A stretch of DNA of 64,000 nucleotides from Roseburia sp. (GCA_019421345.1 JAHZFL010000003.1:209799-273798); one strand, 5' to 3'; positions 29,988 to 40,172 are shown, counted from the stretch's first letter. Notes: generated from the sequence alone by a model not told the origin. Translations and numbers: made by a program.

Positions 29988-31174
29988 GTTCCGCTCTCCT
30001 CCTTACTCTGTTCTATGTGCGCCGCCGCGCGTTTTGCAAATACCAGACTCTCCAAAAGACTGTTGCTCGCCAGGCGGTTCTTCCCGTGTACGCCGTTGCA
30101 GCTTGTCTCACCCACTGCATACAGATGCGGCATCGTCGTCATGGAATGACTGTCGACATAGACGCCTCCCATAAAATAATGCTGCGCCGGAACGATCGGA
30201 ACCGGCTCTTTCAAAAGATCGTAGCCTTCGTCGAGACATTTCTGATAGATATTTGGAAAATGCTCCAAAATCACCTTCCTTGGAACCTTTTCAAAGGAAA
30301 GATATTCGTATTTTACCTGTTCCTTTTTCATCTCCTCATAAATTGCCTGTGTCACCACATCACGCGGCAAAAGCTCGTTGACGAACCGTTCCCCCTTGTG
30401 ATTGAGAAGGATTGCGCCCTCGCCTCTTGCCGATTCCGAGATCAAAAAGCTGCGTCCCGGTTTCTCGCTATAAAGACAGGTCGGATGAATCTGCACATAA
30501 TCCATATGCTCCAGCCGGACGCCATGCTTTTTTGCAATGCGGCAGGCGTCGCCCGTCAACGATGAAAAATTTGTAGAGTGTTCATAAAGACCGCCGATGC
30601 CTCCGGTCGCCATAACAACATCGCCCGCCTGGATCAAAAGCCGCTCTCCCTCTTTTGTTTCTGCAAGAATCCCAAAGCACGCGCCGTCTCTTGCGAGAAT
30701 GTCCGTCATTGCCGTGTATTCCATGATCGCGGCGTTTGGCAGACGTTTAACCTGTGCAAGCAGCTTTGTTGTGATTTCTTTTCCCGTAATATCCTTATGA
30801 TAACAAATGCGCGCTCTCGAATGTGCGCCCTCGCGCGTGTAAGCAAGCGAGCCGTCCGCGTTTTTGGCAAAACGCACGCCAAGCGCCAAAAGCTCATCAA
30901 TTACGGCGCGGCTTCCGCGCAGCATAATATCGACGCTCTCCCTCCGGTTCTCATAGTGACCCGCGCGCATTGTGTCCTCAAAATAGCTGTCATAGTCAGC
31001 TTCATCTGCAAGCACGCAGATGCCGCCCTGTGCAAGCATGGAATCACAGCTTTCCAAATCCTCCTTAGAAAGCATTAAAATCCGTTTACCGGCGTCTAAA
31101 TGCAATGCTGTGTAAAGTCCCGCAACACCGCAGCCTGCGATAACGACGTCGTACTCATAGGTTGACCGTTCCAT
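29984..31174 (-). CDS. nadB: L-aspartate oxidase (short form)
   Basis: 396 aa. FAD fold VVIAGCGVAGL. Motifs AQGGI, HPT and GLYAVGE-like (HLYAVGETSCNGVHGKNRLASNSL). 4-nt overlap with nadC. Confidence 0.85.
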   Translation of the reverse strand: MERSTYEYDVVIAGCGVAGLYTALHLDAGKRILMLSKEDLESCDSMLAQGGICVLADEADYDSYFEDTMRAGHYENRRESVDIMLRGSRAVIDELLALGVRFAKNADGSLAYTREGAHSRARICYHKDITGKEITTKLLAQVKRLPNAAIMEYTAMTDILARDGACFGILAETKEGERLLIQAGDVVMATGGIGGLYEHSTNFSSLTGDACRIAKKHGVRLEHMDYVQIHPTCLYSEKPGRSFLISESARGEGAILLNHKGERFVNELLPRDVVTQAIYEEMKKEQVKYEYLSFEKVPRKVILEHFPNIYQKCLDEGYDLLKEPVPIVPAQHYFMGGVYVDSHSMTTMPHLYAVGETSCNGVHGKNRLASNSLLESLVFAKRAAAHIEQSKEESGT

Positions 31175-31216
31175 AGTGTCCTTCTTTCCTATCTGTCCAT
31201 TTCACAGTTTTCCATG

Positions 31217-31254
31217 AGTATAGCATATATGTATACACCTGACAAGACAGATGT
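31217..31254 (-). promoter_or_regulatory. Candidate nadB promoter (TTGTCA-17nt-TATACT) overlapped by an imperfect palindrome (candidate NiaR operator)
   Basis: On the minus strand: ACATCTGTC-TT-GTCAGGTGT (31254-31235). TTGTCA is at 31245-31240 and TATACT at 31222-31217, with 17-nt spacing. The site is about 45 nt upstream of the nadB ATG. Confidence 0.4.
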
Positions 31255-31258
31255 GGAA

Positions 31259-32317
31259 TTAAGTGCTGGGAACAAAACGTCTGACAGATTTTTCAAAAAG
31301 GCGATAAAAAATCTGTCCATACAGACTTCCGCAGATATTATGTAAAATGCGGAAGAAAATAGCGCCCGGAAGTCCGATCAGCCCCGTTGCGACAGCCATC
31401 GCGCCAAACGAATTGAAAAACGACTGCCAGCCGTAGTCTGCCGATAAGCCGACGCCGATTCCGCCGATAATTCCCGCGTAGGACAAAAATGACGGGGGAA
31501 GCAGCAGATAAAGCAGCAAAAATACAATACCGCCAAACAGATTCCCAGGTATCCTTCCGTATGCCCGCGCCTTCGCATCCTGATGAAACGGCAGCATCAC
31601 GGACATCGCCGCGATCCCCGCCCACATGGAACGCGGAAAATGAAAAAGCTCCATCAGGCACATCAGGGATGAAACGCCAAGTGCCAGCGAAATCTGCCAT
31701 TTTGTGCGTGAGGACGCCAGATCAAATTCAAAAAATACATGCTTTAGCTCTCTCTTATACACACGTCCGCGATGTCCTCTGTAAAACACAAGCATCGTAA
31801 GCGCTGCTCCAAGCGCAAGTCCTGCAATTCTTAAAGAAAAATCCCTGCCTGATACGTCATAGCCATAGAGCAGCAGATAGCCGAGTATGACCGTCGACTG
31901 GTTTGACATGATAAAATTATGGCAGCTCAGCAGCGCAAGCAGAAATATACATGCGATATTGACAAGCATTCCTCCGACCGGACCAAGTGCATTGGCAAGT
32001 CTTGGTCCGCCGGTCAATACCGCAAAAATAGTGACGATGACAAAGAGCGAATGCTTCATACAGATGCCGAAATCCGCATTTTTAAAAACCATGAGAAAAA
32101 GCAGTACGACAACTCCCACGATGCTGTTTTCTCCGCCGAGCAGCGCACTGGCACCCATGACAAAGCCCATGCAAAACAGCATGGTAATGGCGATCTTAAA
32201 CAGATAGATCGCAATATGCCGCAGTTTTTCCCTCCTGTTTGCGGCATTTCTTATGACTGCCTTTGAGCCCGCCTGATTTAATTGTAATTCCTGATAAAAT
32301 GTCATAATAATCTCCAT
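31259..32317 (-). CDS. Polytopic membrane protein, FUSC/aromatic-acid-exporter-like
   Basis: 352 aa with about 9-10 hydrophobic helices. The family assignment rests on overall resemblance only. Confidence 0.4.
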   Translation of the reverse strand: MEIIMTFYQELQLNQAGSKAVIRNAANRREKLRHIAIYLFKIAITMLFCMGFVMGASALLGGENSIVGVVVLLFLMVFKNADFGICMKHSLFVIVTIFAVLTGGPRLANALGPVGGMLVNIACIFLLALLSCHNFIMSNQSTVILGYLLLYGYDVSGRDFSLRIAGLALGAALTMLVFYRGHRGRVYKRELKHVFFEFDLASSRTKWQISLALGVSSLMCLMELFHFPRSMWAGIAAMSVMLPFHQDAKARAYGRIPGNLFGGIVFLLLYLLLPPSFLSYAGIIGGIGVGLSADYGWQSFFNSFGAMAVATGLIGLPGAIFFRILHNICGSLYGQIFYRLFEKSVRRFVPST

Positions 32318-32389
32318 TCCAACTTCAAACTTTGCAATTTGCAGTGAGGGATTATACCATCAGAAGATCTATTTGTCAATTTCAAAAAT

Positions 32390-33394
32390 TTATTTTTCCG
32401 GCTGCGCCTCTCCGGCTTCCGCCGCCTCAAAAACACCGTCCTTTGACTTTCGCGTGAACAGGAATAAAGTTCCCGCGACAAGTACGACCGTGGTCGCAAG
32501 ACCGCCCTCCATGCCGAACGCTCCGCCGTGTATCAGTCCTCTCCCTTCCGTCGTCACACTCTCAAACACCGTGCAGGAGGTCTCGATGCCGCTCACCTTG
32601 ATCCCATAGAAATTTCCCTGTACAAAGTTCCAGATCGAGTGAAGCGCCCCAATCCCCCAGATACTTCCGCGCTTGATAAAGTAAACCGATGCAAAAATGC
32701 CAAACAGTGTCAGATTGAGAAAGGCAAGCACGCTGATCCCGCTGTTTGCCAGATGCAGCGCTGCAAAGAAAAGCGCATTTAAGATAACTGCAACCCACAT
32801 CGGATAGCGTCTGCCGATTGATACGAAAAGGTAGCTGCGCAGCAGCACCTCCTCCGCCATTCCCTGGATCAGGAATCCAAGCCCGAACAGCAGAAAGATT
32901 CCCGGCGTAAATGATGCCAAAAAACCGGTCAGCTTCAGCGAGCCCGTCACGACGCAGAGTAAGACTGCCGCCGAAAAAATAGCAAAGCCCACAACAAGTC
33001 CGATGCCGTATTCTTTCAGAAAATCCTTTTTCACGAAACCGAGCGTCTCCATCCTACGCTTTTGAAGCAGCTTACAAAACAGCATCGTGATCAGGATCAT
33101 AAAAATATTGGAAAACAGCATACTGATGATGATCGGATCGCTGCTCGCAAGACGCGCAGCGGCATCCATCAGCAGATCATAGTCTCCCGCTGCGACCGCA
33201 TCCAGATAGCCCCGGTCGGTGGACATCAGAAAAATCTGCACCGGCACAACCGCAAAGGACTGCGCAAGAGAAATGACAAAAAACAGCACGGTAAATATCA
33301 AAAGCTCTACAAACCAGTTTCTGCCCTTTTTTGCCGCCCGCGCCTCCAACACGGCTCTTGGGGTTTCCAGCTTTAAGTTCAACTTCATATTCAT
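32390..33394 (-). CDS. CPBP-family intramembrane glutamic endopeptidase (CAAX protease-like)
   Basis: 334 aa. Motif 1 EEVLLRSYLF, motif 2 FAALHL and motif 3 HSIWNF. Confidence 0.75.
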   Translation of the reverse strand: MNMKLNLKLETPRAVLEARAAKKGRNWFVELLIFTVLFFVISLAQSFAVVPVQIFLMSTDRGYLDAVAAGDYDLLMDAAARLASSDPIIISMLFSNIFMILITMLFCKLLQKRRMETLGFVKKDFLKEYGIGLVVGFAIFSAAVLLCVVTGSLKLTGFLASFTPGIFLLFGLGFLIQGMAEEVLLRSYLFVSIGRRYPMWVAVILNALFFAALHLANSGISVLAFLNLTLFGIFASVYFIKRGSIWGIGALHSIWNFVQGNFYGIKVSGIETSCTVFESVTTEGRGLIHGGAFGMEGGLATTVVLVAGTLFLFTRKSKDGVFEAAEAGEAQPEK

Positions 33395-33542
33395 GTTTTC
33401 TACCTCCTGTCATTAAATTACCATAGTGGTATAGACATGTAAAGTGTGAAAGAAACGATCGTGAAAGTTCTTTTTGTATAATTTTCACCTCCCTGCAAAT
33501 ACTGTTCCCATACAGTCAGTCCATAATGAAGGAGGATTTACC

Positions 33543-33977
33543 ATGACAACGACCGATACTATTTCTCTTTTGCGCGAATGTAACGCGGGAACACAGATGG
33601 CAGTCTTTTCTATCAACGAGATAATGGAAAATGTAAAGGAACCAAAGCTTTTGGAGCTGTTATCAGCAGCGAAGGAGCAGCACGAGCGGCTTGGCAATGA
33701 AATCCATGTGCTCCTGCAGCAAAACGGCGACGAGACAAAGGACCCCGGCGCTGTGGCAAAGGGTATGTCATGGCTGAAAACAAACGCAAAGCTCGCCTTG
33801 CATGACAGCGACCGCGTCTGCGCGGGACTTGTGACAGACGGCTGCCACATGGGAATCAAAACGATCCAGCGCTATCTGAACGAGTATTTGGCGGCGGACA
33901 AGATTTCCGTGCAAAAGGCGCAGGAGTTGAGCAAGATAGAGGAAAAACTCGTTGAGGCTCTAAAACCATATCTTTAG
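33543..33977 (+). CDS. Small helical hypothetical protein
   Basis: Start trimmed to the ATG at 33543, preceded by GAAGGAGG. About 144 aa, predicted helical, with no diagnostic motif. Confidence 0.4.
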   Translation: MTTTDTISLLRECNAGTQMAVFSINEIMENVKEPKLLELLSAAKEQHERLGNEIHVLLQQNGDETKDPGAVAKGMSWLKTNAKLALHDSDRVCAGLVTDGCHMGIKTIQRYLNEYLAADKISVQKAQELSKIEEKLVEALKPYL

Positions 33978-34015
33978 GGAGTCAGCATAAAAGTTTCGTA
34001 TAAAGCAAACACAAA

Positions 34016-34056
34016 ACTGCCGTCAGGGATGCGCGCTGCGCTTTCCTGACGGCAGT
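34016..34056. terminator. Bidirectional terminator, 12-bp stem ACTGCCGTCAGG/CCTGACGGCAGT
   Basis: Perfect inverted repeat between convergent genes. It is flanked by an A-run upstream and TGTCAATTTTT downstream. Confidence 0.7.
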
Positions 34057-34073
34057 TGTCAATTTTTACCGTA

Positions 34074-35870
34074 TTAAATCAATGTCTCAATCTCGTCTAG
34101 CACCTCACCGAACACATCGAGTGCATTCTGGATCGGAGTCGCTTCCTCCATGTTGATGCCGACCATCTTTAAGAGCTCTACCGGAGACTTTGAGCAGCCG
34201 CCGGATAAAAATTCTTTATAGCGTTCCACTGCCGGAGCGCCCTTCTCTAAAATTTCATGAGCGATTGCAACTGCGGCAGAAAAGCTTGTCGCATACTGAT
34301 ATACATAGAAATTATAGTAGAAATGCGGGATTCTCGCCCACTCATAGGAAATCTCCTCGTCGGAAACCATATCCGGACCGTAATACTTTTTATTAAGTTC
34401 CAGATACAGCGCACAGAGATTGTCCGCTGTCAGGTTCTCGCCGTTTTCCACCATTGCATTGGAGCGCATCTCATACTCCGCAAACATCGTCTGACGGTAT
34501 ACCGTTCCCTTAAAGCTGTCGAGATAGTGATTGAGCAGATATGCGCGCTCCTTCTGATCCTCGGTATTGGCAAGCAGGTATTCCATCAAAAGGATCTCGT
34601 TGCAGGTGGACGCCACCTCAGCGACAAAAATCTTATAGCCGGCATAGATATACGGCTGATTCTCGTTCGAGTAGTAGGAATGCATCGCATGACCCATCTC
34701 GTGCGCAAGCGTAAACATATTATCCAGCGTGTCGTTATGATTTAACAATACAAACGGATGTGCGCCGTAAGCGCCTGCGGAATAAGCGCCGCTCCGCTTT
34801 CCCTCATTCTCATAGACATCCAGCCAACGGCTCTCAAAGCCCTCTTTTACTTTGGCAACATAATCTTCGCCAAGAGGAGCCAGCGCCTTTAACACCGTCT
34901 CCTTTGCCTCCTCGAACGTAATCTTTTTCGCAACATCCGCGATCATCGGCGTATAAATGTCATACATATGAAGCTCGTCCACGCCGAGACATTTCTTGCG
35001 CAGTCTTACATAACGGTGCATCTTATCCATGTTCTTATTGACGGTCTCCACCAGATTGTAGTACACCTTGGACGGCACGTTATTTGCATCCACGGCAGCC
35101 TCAAGCGTAGACGGATAATTTCTTGCCTTCGCATAAAAAATCTGCTGCTTGACCTGACCGTTATAAAGCCCTGCCAAAGTGTTTGCAAACTGCTTGTAGA
35201 CACTGTAAAAATTCTCAAAGGCGTCCTTTCTGACGCGGCGGTCTGCGGATTCCTCAAGCGGTACAAAATTGCCGTGGGAAAGGCGTACGGTCTCCCCATT
35301 CTCGTCCGTGATCTGCGGATAAACCATATCCGCGTTGCTGATAATGGAAAATACCTGATCCGGCACCTGCGCCATCTCTCCGGTCATTGCGACGAGCTTT
35401 TCCATCTCAGACGATAAGCTGTGCGCCTTGCGTCTTTGAATCTCTTGGATCTGTCCGCGATAAAGCGCAAGCGCCGGCTTTTCCTTTATATACTGCTCCA
35501 GCAGGTCCGTATCTGCCGCCAGGATCTCCGGCACGATAAACGCGGTGCGGCTGGAATAGTCGGTATAGAGTGTGTACATCCTCTGGGACATCGCCTGATG
35601 CGCCGTATTTTTCTGATCCTGATCAAAGAGACGCTCCGCATAACTGAAGGCAAGCTCAAGCTTCTGCTCTGCATCCGCCGACTTTTCAAGCACGGCAAGA
35701 AGATTTTCTGCTGACGCCGTCACCTTTCCCTCAAAGGCTTCCAATTCCCCGGTCAGGGTCCGGCAGGCAGAAAGCTGCTCCTCCCACGCCTCCTTAGAGG
35801 CGAACATCGCACTTAAGTCCCATGTATATTCTTCTTTTACTTCACTTCTTTTTGGTAATTCTTTTGCCAT
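34074..35870 (-). CDS. pepF: Oligoendopeptidase F (M3B)
   Basis: Start set at MAKELPKRSEV (AAGGAGG 5 nt upstream). HEMGHAMH is the HExxH zinc motif. The N-terminal W-D-L pattern (EEYTWDLSAMF) is typical of PepF. Confidence 0.85.
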   Translation of the reverse strand: MAKELPKRSEVKEEYTWDLSAMFASKEAWEEQLSACRTLTGELEAFEGKVTASAENLLAVLEKSADAEQKLELAFSYAERLFDQDQKNTAHQAMSQRMYTLYTDYSSRTAFIVPEILAADTDLLEQYIKEKPALALYRGQIQEIQRRKAHSLSSEMEKLVAMTGEMAQVPDQVFSIISNADMVYPQITDENGETVRLSHGNFVPLEESADRRVRKDAFENFYSVYKQFANTLAGLYNGQVKQQIFYAKARNYPSTLEAAVDANNVPSKVYYNLVETVNKNMDKMHRYVRLRKKCLGVDELHMYDIYTPMIADVAKKITFEEAKETVLKALAPLGEDYVAKVKEGFESRWLDVYENEGKRSGAYSAGAYGAHPFVLLNHNDTLDNMFTLAHEMGHAMHSYYSNENQPYIYAGYKIFVAEVASTCNEILLMEYLLANTEDQKERAYLLNHYLDSFKGTVYRQTMFAEYEMRSNAMVENGENLTADNLCALYLELNKKYYGPDMVSDEEISYEWARIPHFYYNFYVYQYATSFSAAVAIAHEILEKGAPAVERYKEFLSGGCSKSPVELLKMVGINMEEATPIQNALDVFGEVLDEIETLI

Positions 35871-35896
35871 CATATCCTCCTTATTCTGTCCTGATG

Positions 35897-35975
35897 AAAC
35901 AACGAGCGGCACACTGTGCGAGCCACTCTTATGTCAACAACGGTCATCACGCTGTGCGAGATTCCCTTATGTCAC
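35897..35975. repeat. Tandem pair (period 38 nt) of a dispersed GC-rich intergenic repeat, copy A
   Basis: Unit A1 is aacaacgagcggcacactgtgcgagccactcttatgtca. Unit A2 is aacaacggtcatcacgctgtgcgagattcccttatgtca. They match at 30/39 positions and are related to the copies at 54151 and 58047. Confidence 0.8.
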
Positions 35976-36138
35976 TCCAAAAGCAATGATATTTTGCTTC
36001 TTCCATAAATTTACTATGTCACAGCAAAAAAGTAAAGAGGAAACTGCCATTTCCCTCACCCTTGCGTTTCGGCGGTGTATCAACTATAATAAATGCGCTG
36101 CCCCTGCAGCAAAACAAACGCAAGGAGATAGAATTTTT

Positions 36139-37884
36139 ATGGCTTTGGACGGTTTTGTAATATCCAATTTAGTATATGAACTGAATCAGACAATTTTAAA
36201 TGCGAGAATCAGCAAGATCGCGCAGCCGGAAAATGACGAGCTGCTCTTTACGCTGAAAGGAACGGGCGGTCAGTTCCGTCTTGCCATGTCGGCAAGCGCT
36301 TCGCTGCCCTTTTTATACCTGACGGAGCACAATAAGACAAGCCCCCTGACAGCGCCGAATTTCTGTATGCTGCTGCGCAAGCACATCGCCAACGGGCGTA
36401 TTGTGCGCATTTACCAGCCGCAGATGGAGCGCATTATCAATTTTGAGATCGAGCATCTGGACGAGCTGGGCGATCTTTGTAAAAAAACCCTGATCGTTGA
36501 GCTGATGGGCAAGCACAGCAACATTATTTTCTGCAGCTCCGACGGAATGATCATCGACAGCATCAAGCACGTCTCGGCGATGATGAGCTCCGTGCGCGAG
36601 GTTCTCCCTGGGCGCGCCTACTCTATTCCAGCGACGCAAAGCGACAGATTAAACCCGCTGGAGGTCACGGAGTCCGCCTTTTTGGAAAGCGTGATGACAA
36701 AGCCATCCTCCATCGCAAAGGCAGTCTACACCTCCTTTACCGGCATCAGCCCGGTCATGGCGAGTGAAATCTGCTTTCGGGCATCGATTGACGCAGATAT
36801 GCCGGTCGCTTCCCTAAGCGGCGATGCAAAGCTGCACCTTTACCGGAATTTCCATTGGATGATGGAGGACGTGGCAAACCACAGCTACTGCCCGAATATT
36901 ATCTCGCGCGGCAGGGAGCCTATTGACTTTTTTTGCTTCCGGCTTGCAGAATATGAGGGCGCTGACTATACTGTGACAGACTACGACTCCATTTCCCGCG
37001 TGCTGGAGGAATATTACGCCTCCAAAAATATCTACACCCGCATCCGACAGAAATCCTCCGACCTGCGCCGGATCGTCGGAAATGCCATAGAGCGCAGCCG
37101 AAAAAAATTTGCACTTCAGGAAAAACAGCTAAAGGACACCGAAAAACGTGAAAAATACAAGGTTTATGGCGAGCTGATCCATACCTACGGCTATGGACTC
37201 GCCGAGGGTGCAAAGGAGCTTGAGGCGCTCAATTATTACACAAACGAAATGATAACGATCCCCCTCGACCCACAGCTTGACGCGAAGGCAAACGCACAGA
37301 AATATTTTGACCGCTACAACAAGCTAAAGCGCACCTGCGAGGCGCTGACCGATCTGATCCTTGAGACAGAGACAGAGATCTCTCATCTGGAAAGCATTTC
37401 CGCCTCCCTCGACATCGCGCTCACGGAGGACGATCTGGTGCAGATCAAGGAGGAGCTGACGGAATTTGGTTATATAAAGCGGAAACGGACGGACAAGAAG
37501 GCAAAAATAAAAAGCAAGCCCTTCCACTACCGCACCTTTGACGGCTACGATATTTACGTCGGAAAAAATAATTACCAGAATGAGGAACTTACCTTTAAAT
37601 TTGCAACCGGAAATGACTGGTGGTTTCATGCGAAAGGGATTCCAGGCTCCCATGTCATCGTAAAATCCAACAATGAGGAGCTGCCGGACCACGTCTTTGA
37701 GGACGCCGGCAGACTTGCGGCATATTACTCCAAAGCACGCGGCGGCGACAAGGTCGAGATCGATTATCTCCAGAAAAAAAATGTGAAAAAGCCGGGCGGC
37801 GGCGCGCCGGGGTTTGTGGTTTATTATACCAACTACTCCCTGACGATCGACTCCGATATTTCTGCTCTAACCTTGATCGAGTAA
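36139..37884 (+). CDS. rqcH: RqcH (Rqc2 homologue / FbpA-type NFACT protein)
   Basis: Start set at MALDGFVISNLVYEL (AAGGAG upstream). Has an NFACT-N domain, a coiled-coil middle, and an NFACT-R block (WWFHAKGIPGSHVIV). Confidence 0.8.
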   Translation: MALDGFVISNLVYELNQTILNARISKIAQPENDELLFTLKGTGGQFRLAMSASASLPFLYLTEHNKTSPLTAPNFCMLLRKHIANGRIVRIYQPQMERIINFEIEHLDELGDLCKKTLIVELMGKHSNIIFCSSDGMIIDSIKHVSAMMSSVREVLPGRAYSIPATQSDRLNPLEVTESAFLESVMTKPSSIAKAVYTSFTGISPVMASEICFRASIDADMPVASLSGDAKLHLYRNFHWMMEDVANHSYCPNIISRGREPIDFFCFRLAEYEGADYTVTDYDSISRVLEEYYASKNIYTRIRQKSSDLRRIVGNAIERSRKKFALQEKQLKDTEKREKYKVYGELIHTYGYGLAEGAKELEALNYYTNEMITIPLDPQLDAKANAQKYFDRYNKLKRTCEALTDLILETETEISHLESISASLDIALTEDDLVQIKEELTEFGYIKRKRTDKKAKIKSKPFHYRTFDGYDIYVGKNNYQNEELTFKFATGNDWWFHAKGIPGSHVIVKSNNEELPDHVFEDAGRLAAYYSKARGGDKVEIDYLQKKNVKKPGGGAPGFVVYYTNYSLTIDSDISALTLIE

Positions 37885-37901
37885 GCAGTTCCCCGATCCG
37901 T

Positions 37902-39290
37902 TTAAACCTGAGGCTCGTGCATCTGTATCTGCACATCATACGTTCCGCCGGCGCGTTCCTTCCATAGAAGCTTATAGCCATGCGCCCGGATGATCTGTGT
38001 GACGATGCGCAGTCCCATAATATGTACCCCGGCGTCCTCTCCACTGCCGCTGCCATCCTGCAAAAGCGCCTTAACGATCCTTGCAGGGATTCCCGCTCCG
38101 CTGTCGGCAAAGGTCATACGGATTCCGTCCTCACATCGGGCGGCTGTCACGAAAATGCAGCAGCCGTCCGGATTGTGACGGATACTGTTGCCGATCAGAT
38201 TCCGAAAAGCCCGCAGCAGCAAATTCACATCACCACAGATCTTAAACGGCTCCGCCGCCTCGTGGACGGAAAGCTCGAACTCATATTTCCCCGAAAGTCC
38301 CTGATTATAATATTCTGCTACACATTCCCGCAGTAAAACGGCGGGAGAAACCATGACAAGCGTAAGCGGCTGTGCCTGATATTCCAGCTTGGAGGTGAGA
38401 TTTAAGTCTGCGATCAACTGGTGGATCATAAGGCTCTGCTCTTTTATGGCCTGCGCTCTTTTCTGCATCTGCTCCTCTGTCATGCCGTCCCCCGAAAGCT
38501 CGTCCGCATATCCGGTGATCAGCGCCAGCGGCGTTCGGATGTCGTGCGATACCCCGGCAATCCACTCTGTGCGCGCCGCATCACGCTTTGTCAGCTTCTG
38601 CTCCTGCCACTCCAAAAGCCGCGCCGTCTCGTTTAATTTTGCCGCCAGCTCTCCCATTAGCCCCTTTTCCGGGATTGGCTCATGTTCCTTTTGGGTCAAC
38701 TGCTCTAAGCCCCGCGCAATCGGGCGCATCGAACGATAAAACCGGTAGGCAAGCCATAGCGACAGCACAAGCAGCAGGATAAGATTTGCCGTCAGCATTT
38801 GCAAAAGCAGAGCAGGCATATTTTGCACCATCGCAAGGTCATAGAGCACACTAAAACGTGTGACGCTGTCTTGCTCCATCCCAAAAACCATCAGTTCCTC
38901 ACCGTTCCGCCAGACGCGCACCGGATAATCGTTTAGATACCAGCGGCTTAGAGCGGCAACATCGCCGATGCTGTAATGATGGTTTAGCTCCGGCGGCAGC
39001 TCCCAGCTCCATGCGACAGCGCCGCTTTCATCCAAAAGCATCGCCCACACAAAGGAGCTCTCAGAGAGAAGGCGCATCCCCTCCTCCCCCATTGCGCGCA
39101 CGCCGTTTTCCTGCCCCAGTGAATTTACGACAGCCTCCATTGTCTCCCGGCTGATGTCCCGTCCGTTTGCCTTTCCTATATTAATGACGCCGATATAGAG
39201 AAACAACGCAAAATTTAAGTAAAGCAGCAGCATTGCCAGAAAAATTCCTGACAGAATATACCTTCTGCATATTTTCCACAGGCTTTTCAT
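37902..39290 (-). CDS. Sensor histidine kinase (two TM helices flanking a ~130-aa extracytoplasmic domain)
   Basis: H-box GVSHDIRTPLALI. N/G boxes (IGNSIRHN, DSGAGIP). The start ATG overlaps the response-regulator stop in an ATGA arrangement. Confidence 0.85.
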   Translation of the reverse strand: MKSLWKICRRYILSGIFLAMLLLYLNFALFLYIGVINIGKANGRDISRETMEAVVNSLGQENGVRAMGEEGMRLLSESSFVWAMLLDESGAVAWSWELPPELNHHYSIGDVAALSRWYLNDYPVRVWRNGEELMVFGMEQDSVTRFSVLYDLAMVQNMPALLLQMLTANLILLLVLSLWLAYRFYRSMRPIARGLEQLTQKEHEPIPEKGLMGELAAKLNETARLLEWQEQKLTKRDAARTEWIAGVSHDIRTPLALITGYADELSGDGMTEEQMQKRAQAIKEQSLMIHQLIADLNLTSKLEYQAQPLTLVMVSPAVLLRECVAEYYNQGLSGKYEFELSVHEAAEPFKICGDVNLLLRAFRNLIGNSIRHNPDGCCIFVTAARCEDGIRMTFADSGAGIPARIVKALLQDGSGSGEDAGVHIMGLRIVTQIIRAHGYKLLWKERAGGTYDVQIQMHEPQV

Positions 39291-40000
39291 CGCTGACACT
39301 CCTTTAACAGACGATAACCGATCCCGCGCACGGTTAAAAGCCAGACCGGATGGGAAGGGTCTGGCTCGATCTTTTCCCTCAGATGGCGGATATGTACCAT
39401 CAATGTGTTCTCATATCCATAATAATCATCGTTCCAGACTGCCCGTGTCAGGGCGTCAAAGGTCACCACATTGCCGCGATTTGCCGCAAGCTTTTTTAGC
39501 AGGAGCAGCTCCTTTGCCGTAAGCATCGTGGTCGTCCCTTCACATGTGACAGTCGCATTTTTTAAGGAAACCTCCCTGCCGGAGAGGTTTAACGTTTCAT
39601 CCGCTTCCGCCTCCTGGCCGCGAAAATAGGAACGTGTCAAAATCGCGTTGACACGGAGCACGAGCTCCTGCGGCAAAAACGGCTTTGTGATATAGTCATC
39701 CGCTCCAAGCCCCAGCCCGAACAGTCTGTCATTGTCCTCATCCTTCGCCGATAAAAACAAAATCGGGACGGCGGACACCTCGCGCATCCGCCGGAATAAG
39801 GTATAGCCGTCGCCGTCAGGAAGCATGATGTCCAAAATCACAAGCTTTGGCGTCTCCCGCAAAAACACCTCTATGCCCTCTTTACAGCTCCCTGCCGTAT
39901 AGACGGTCTCGTAGCCGCTCTTTCTTAAAATATCGCAGGTCATGCCTGCAAGCTTTTCATTGTCATCCACCAGAAGGATGCTGCAATTATATAAATTCAT
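39287..40000 (-). CDS. OmpR-family response regulator
   Basis: Start set at MNLYNCSILLVDD (AAGGAG 9 nt upstream). Receiver domain (DIMLPDGDG). Winged-helix C-terminus (LTAKELLLLKKLAANRG..., VRGIGYRL). Confidence 0.85.
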   Translation of the reverse strand: MNLYNCSILLVDDNEKLAGMTCDILRKSGYETVYTAGSCKEGIEVFLRETPKLVILDIMLPDGDGYTLFRRMREVSAVPILFLSAKDEDNDRLFGLGLGADDYITKPFLPQELVLRVNAILTRSYFRGQEAEADETLNLSGREVSLKNATVTCEGTTTMLTAKELLLLKKLAANRGNVVTFDALTRAVWNDDYYGYENTLMVHIRHLREKIEPDPSHPVWLLTVRGIGYRLLKECQR

Positions 40001-40172
40001 GGTACGGATTCTCCTTTTTTCACTCCCAATATACCTTATTTTTATCCGCAATGCCAGAGCCCTGCCCCAAAACTTAAGGAAAAAATAAGGCGGCTTTCAG
40101 TCTGCTTTAAGCCTGTGCCCTTAGGATAGACATATGCCGAAACGGCAAAAGAAAAAACGGAGGGTAACTGCC

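Noticed and set aside
35986-36138. N-terminal 51-aa extension of the rqcH ORF in the track (similar extensions occur on the pepF, gmk, ptsI, rsmD and response-regulator ORFs)
   Set aside because: Internal ATGs preceded by good Shine-Dalgarno sequences coincide with the conserved family N-termini. The extensions run through intergenic repeats or upstream genes.
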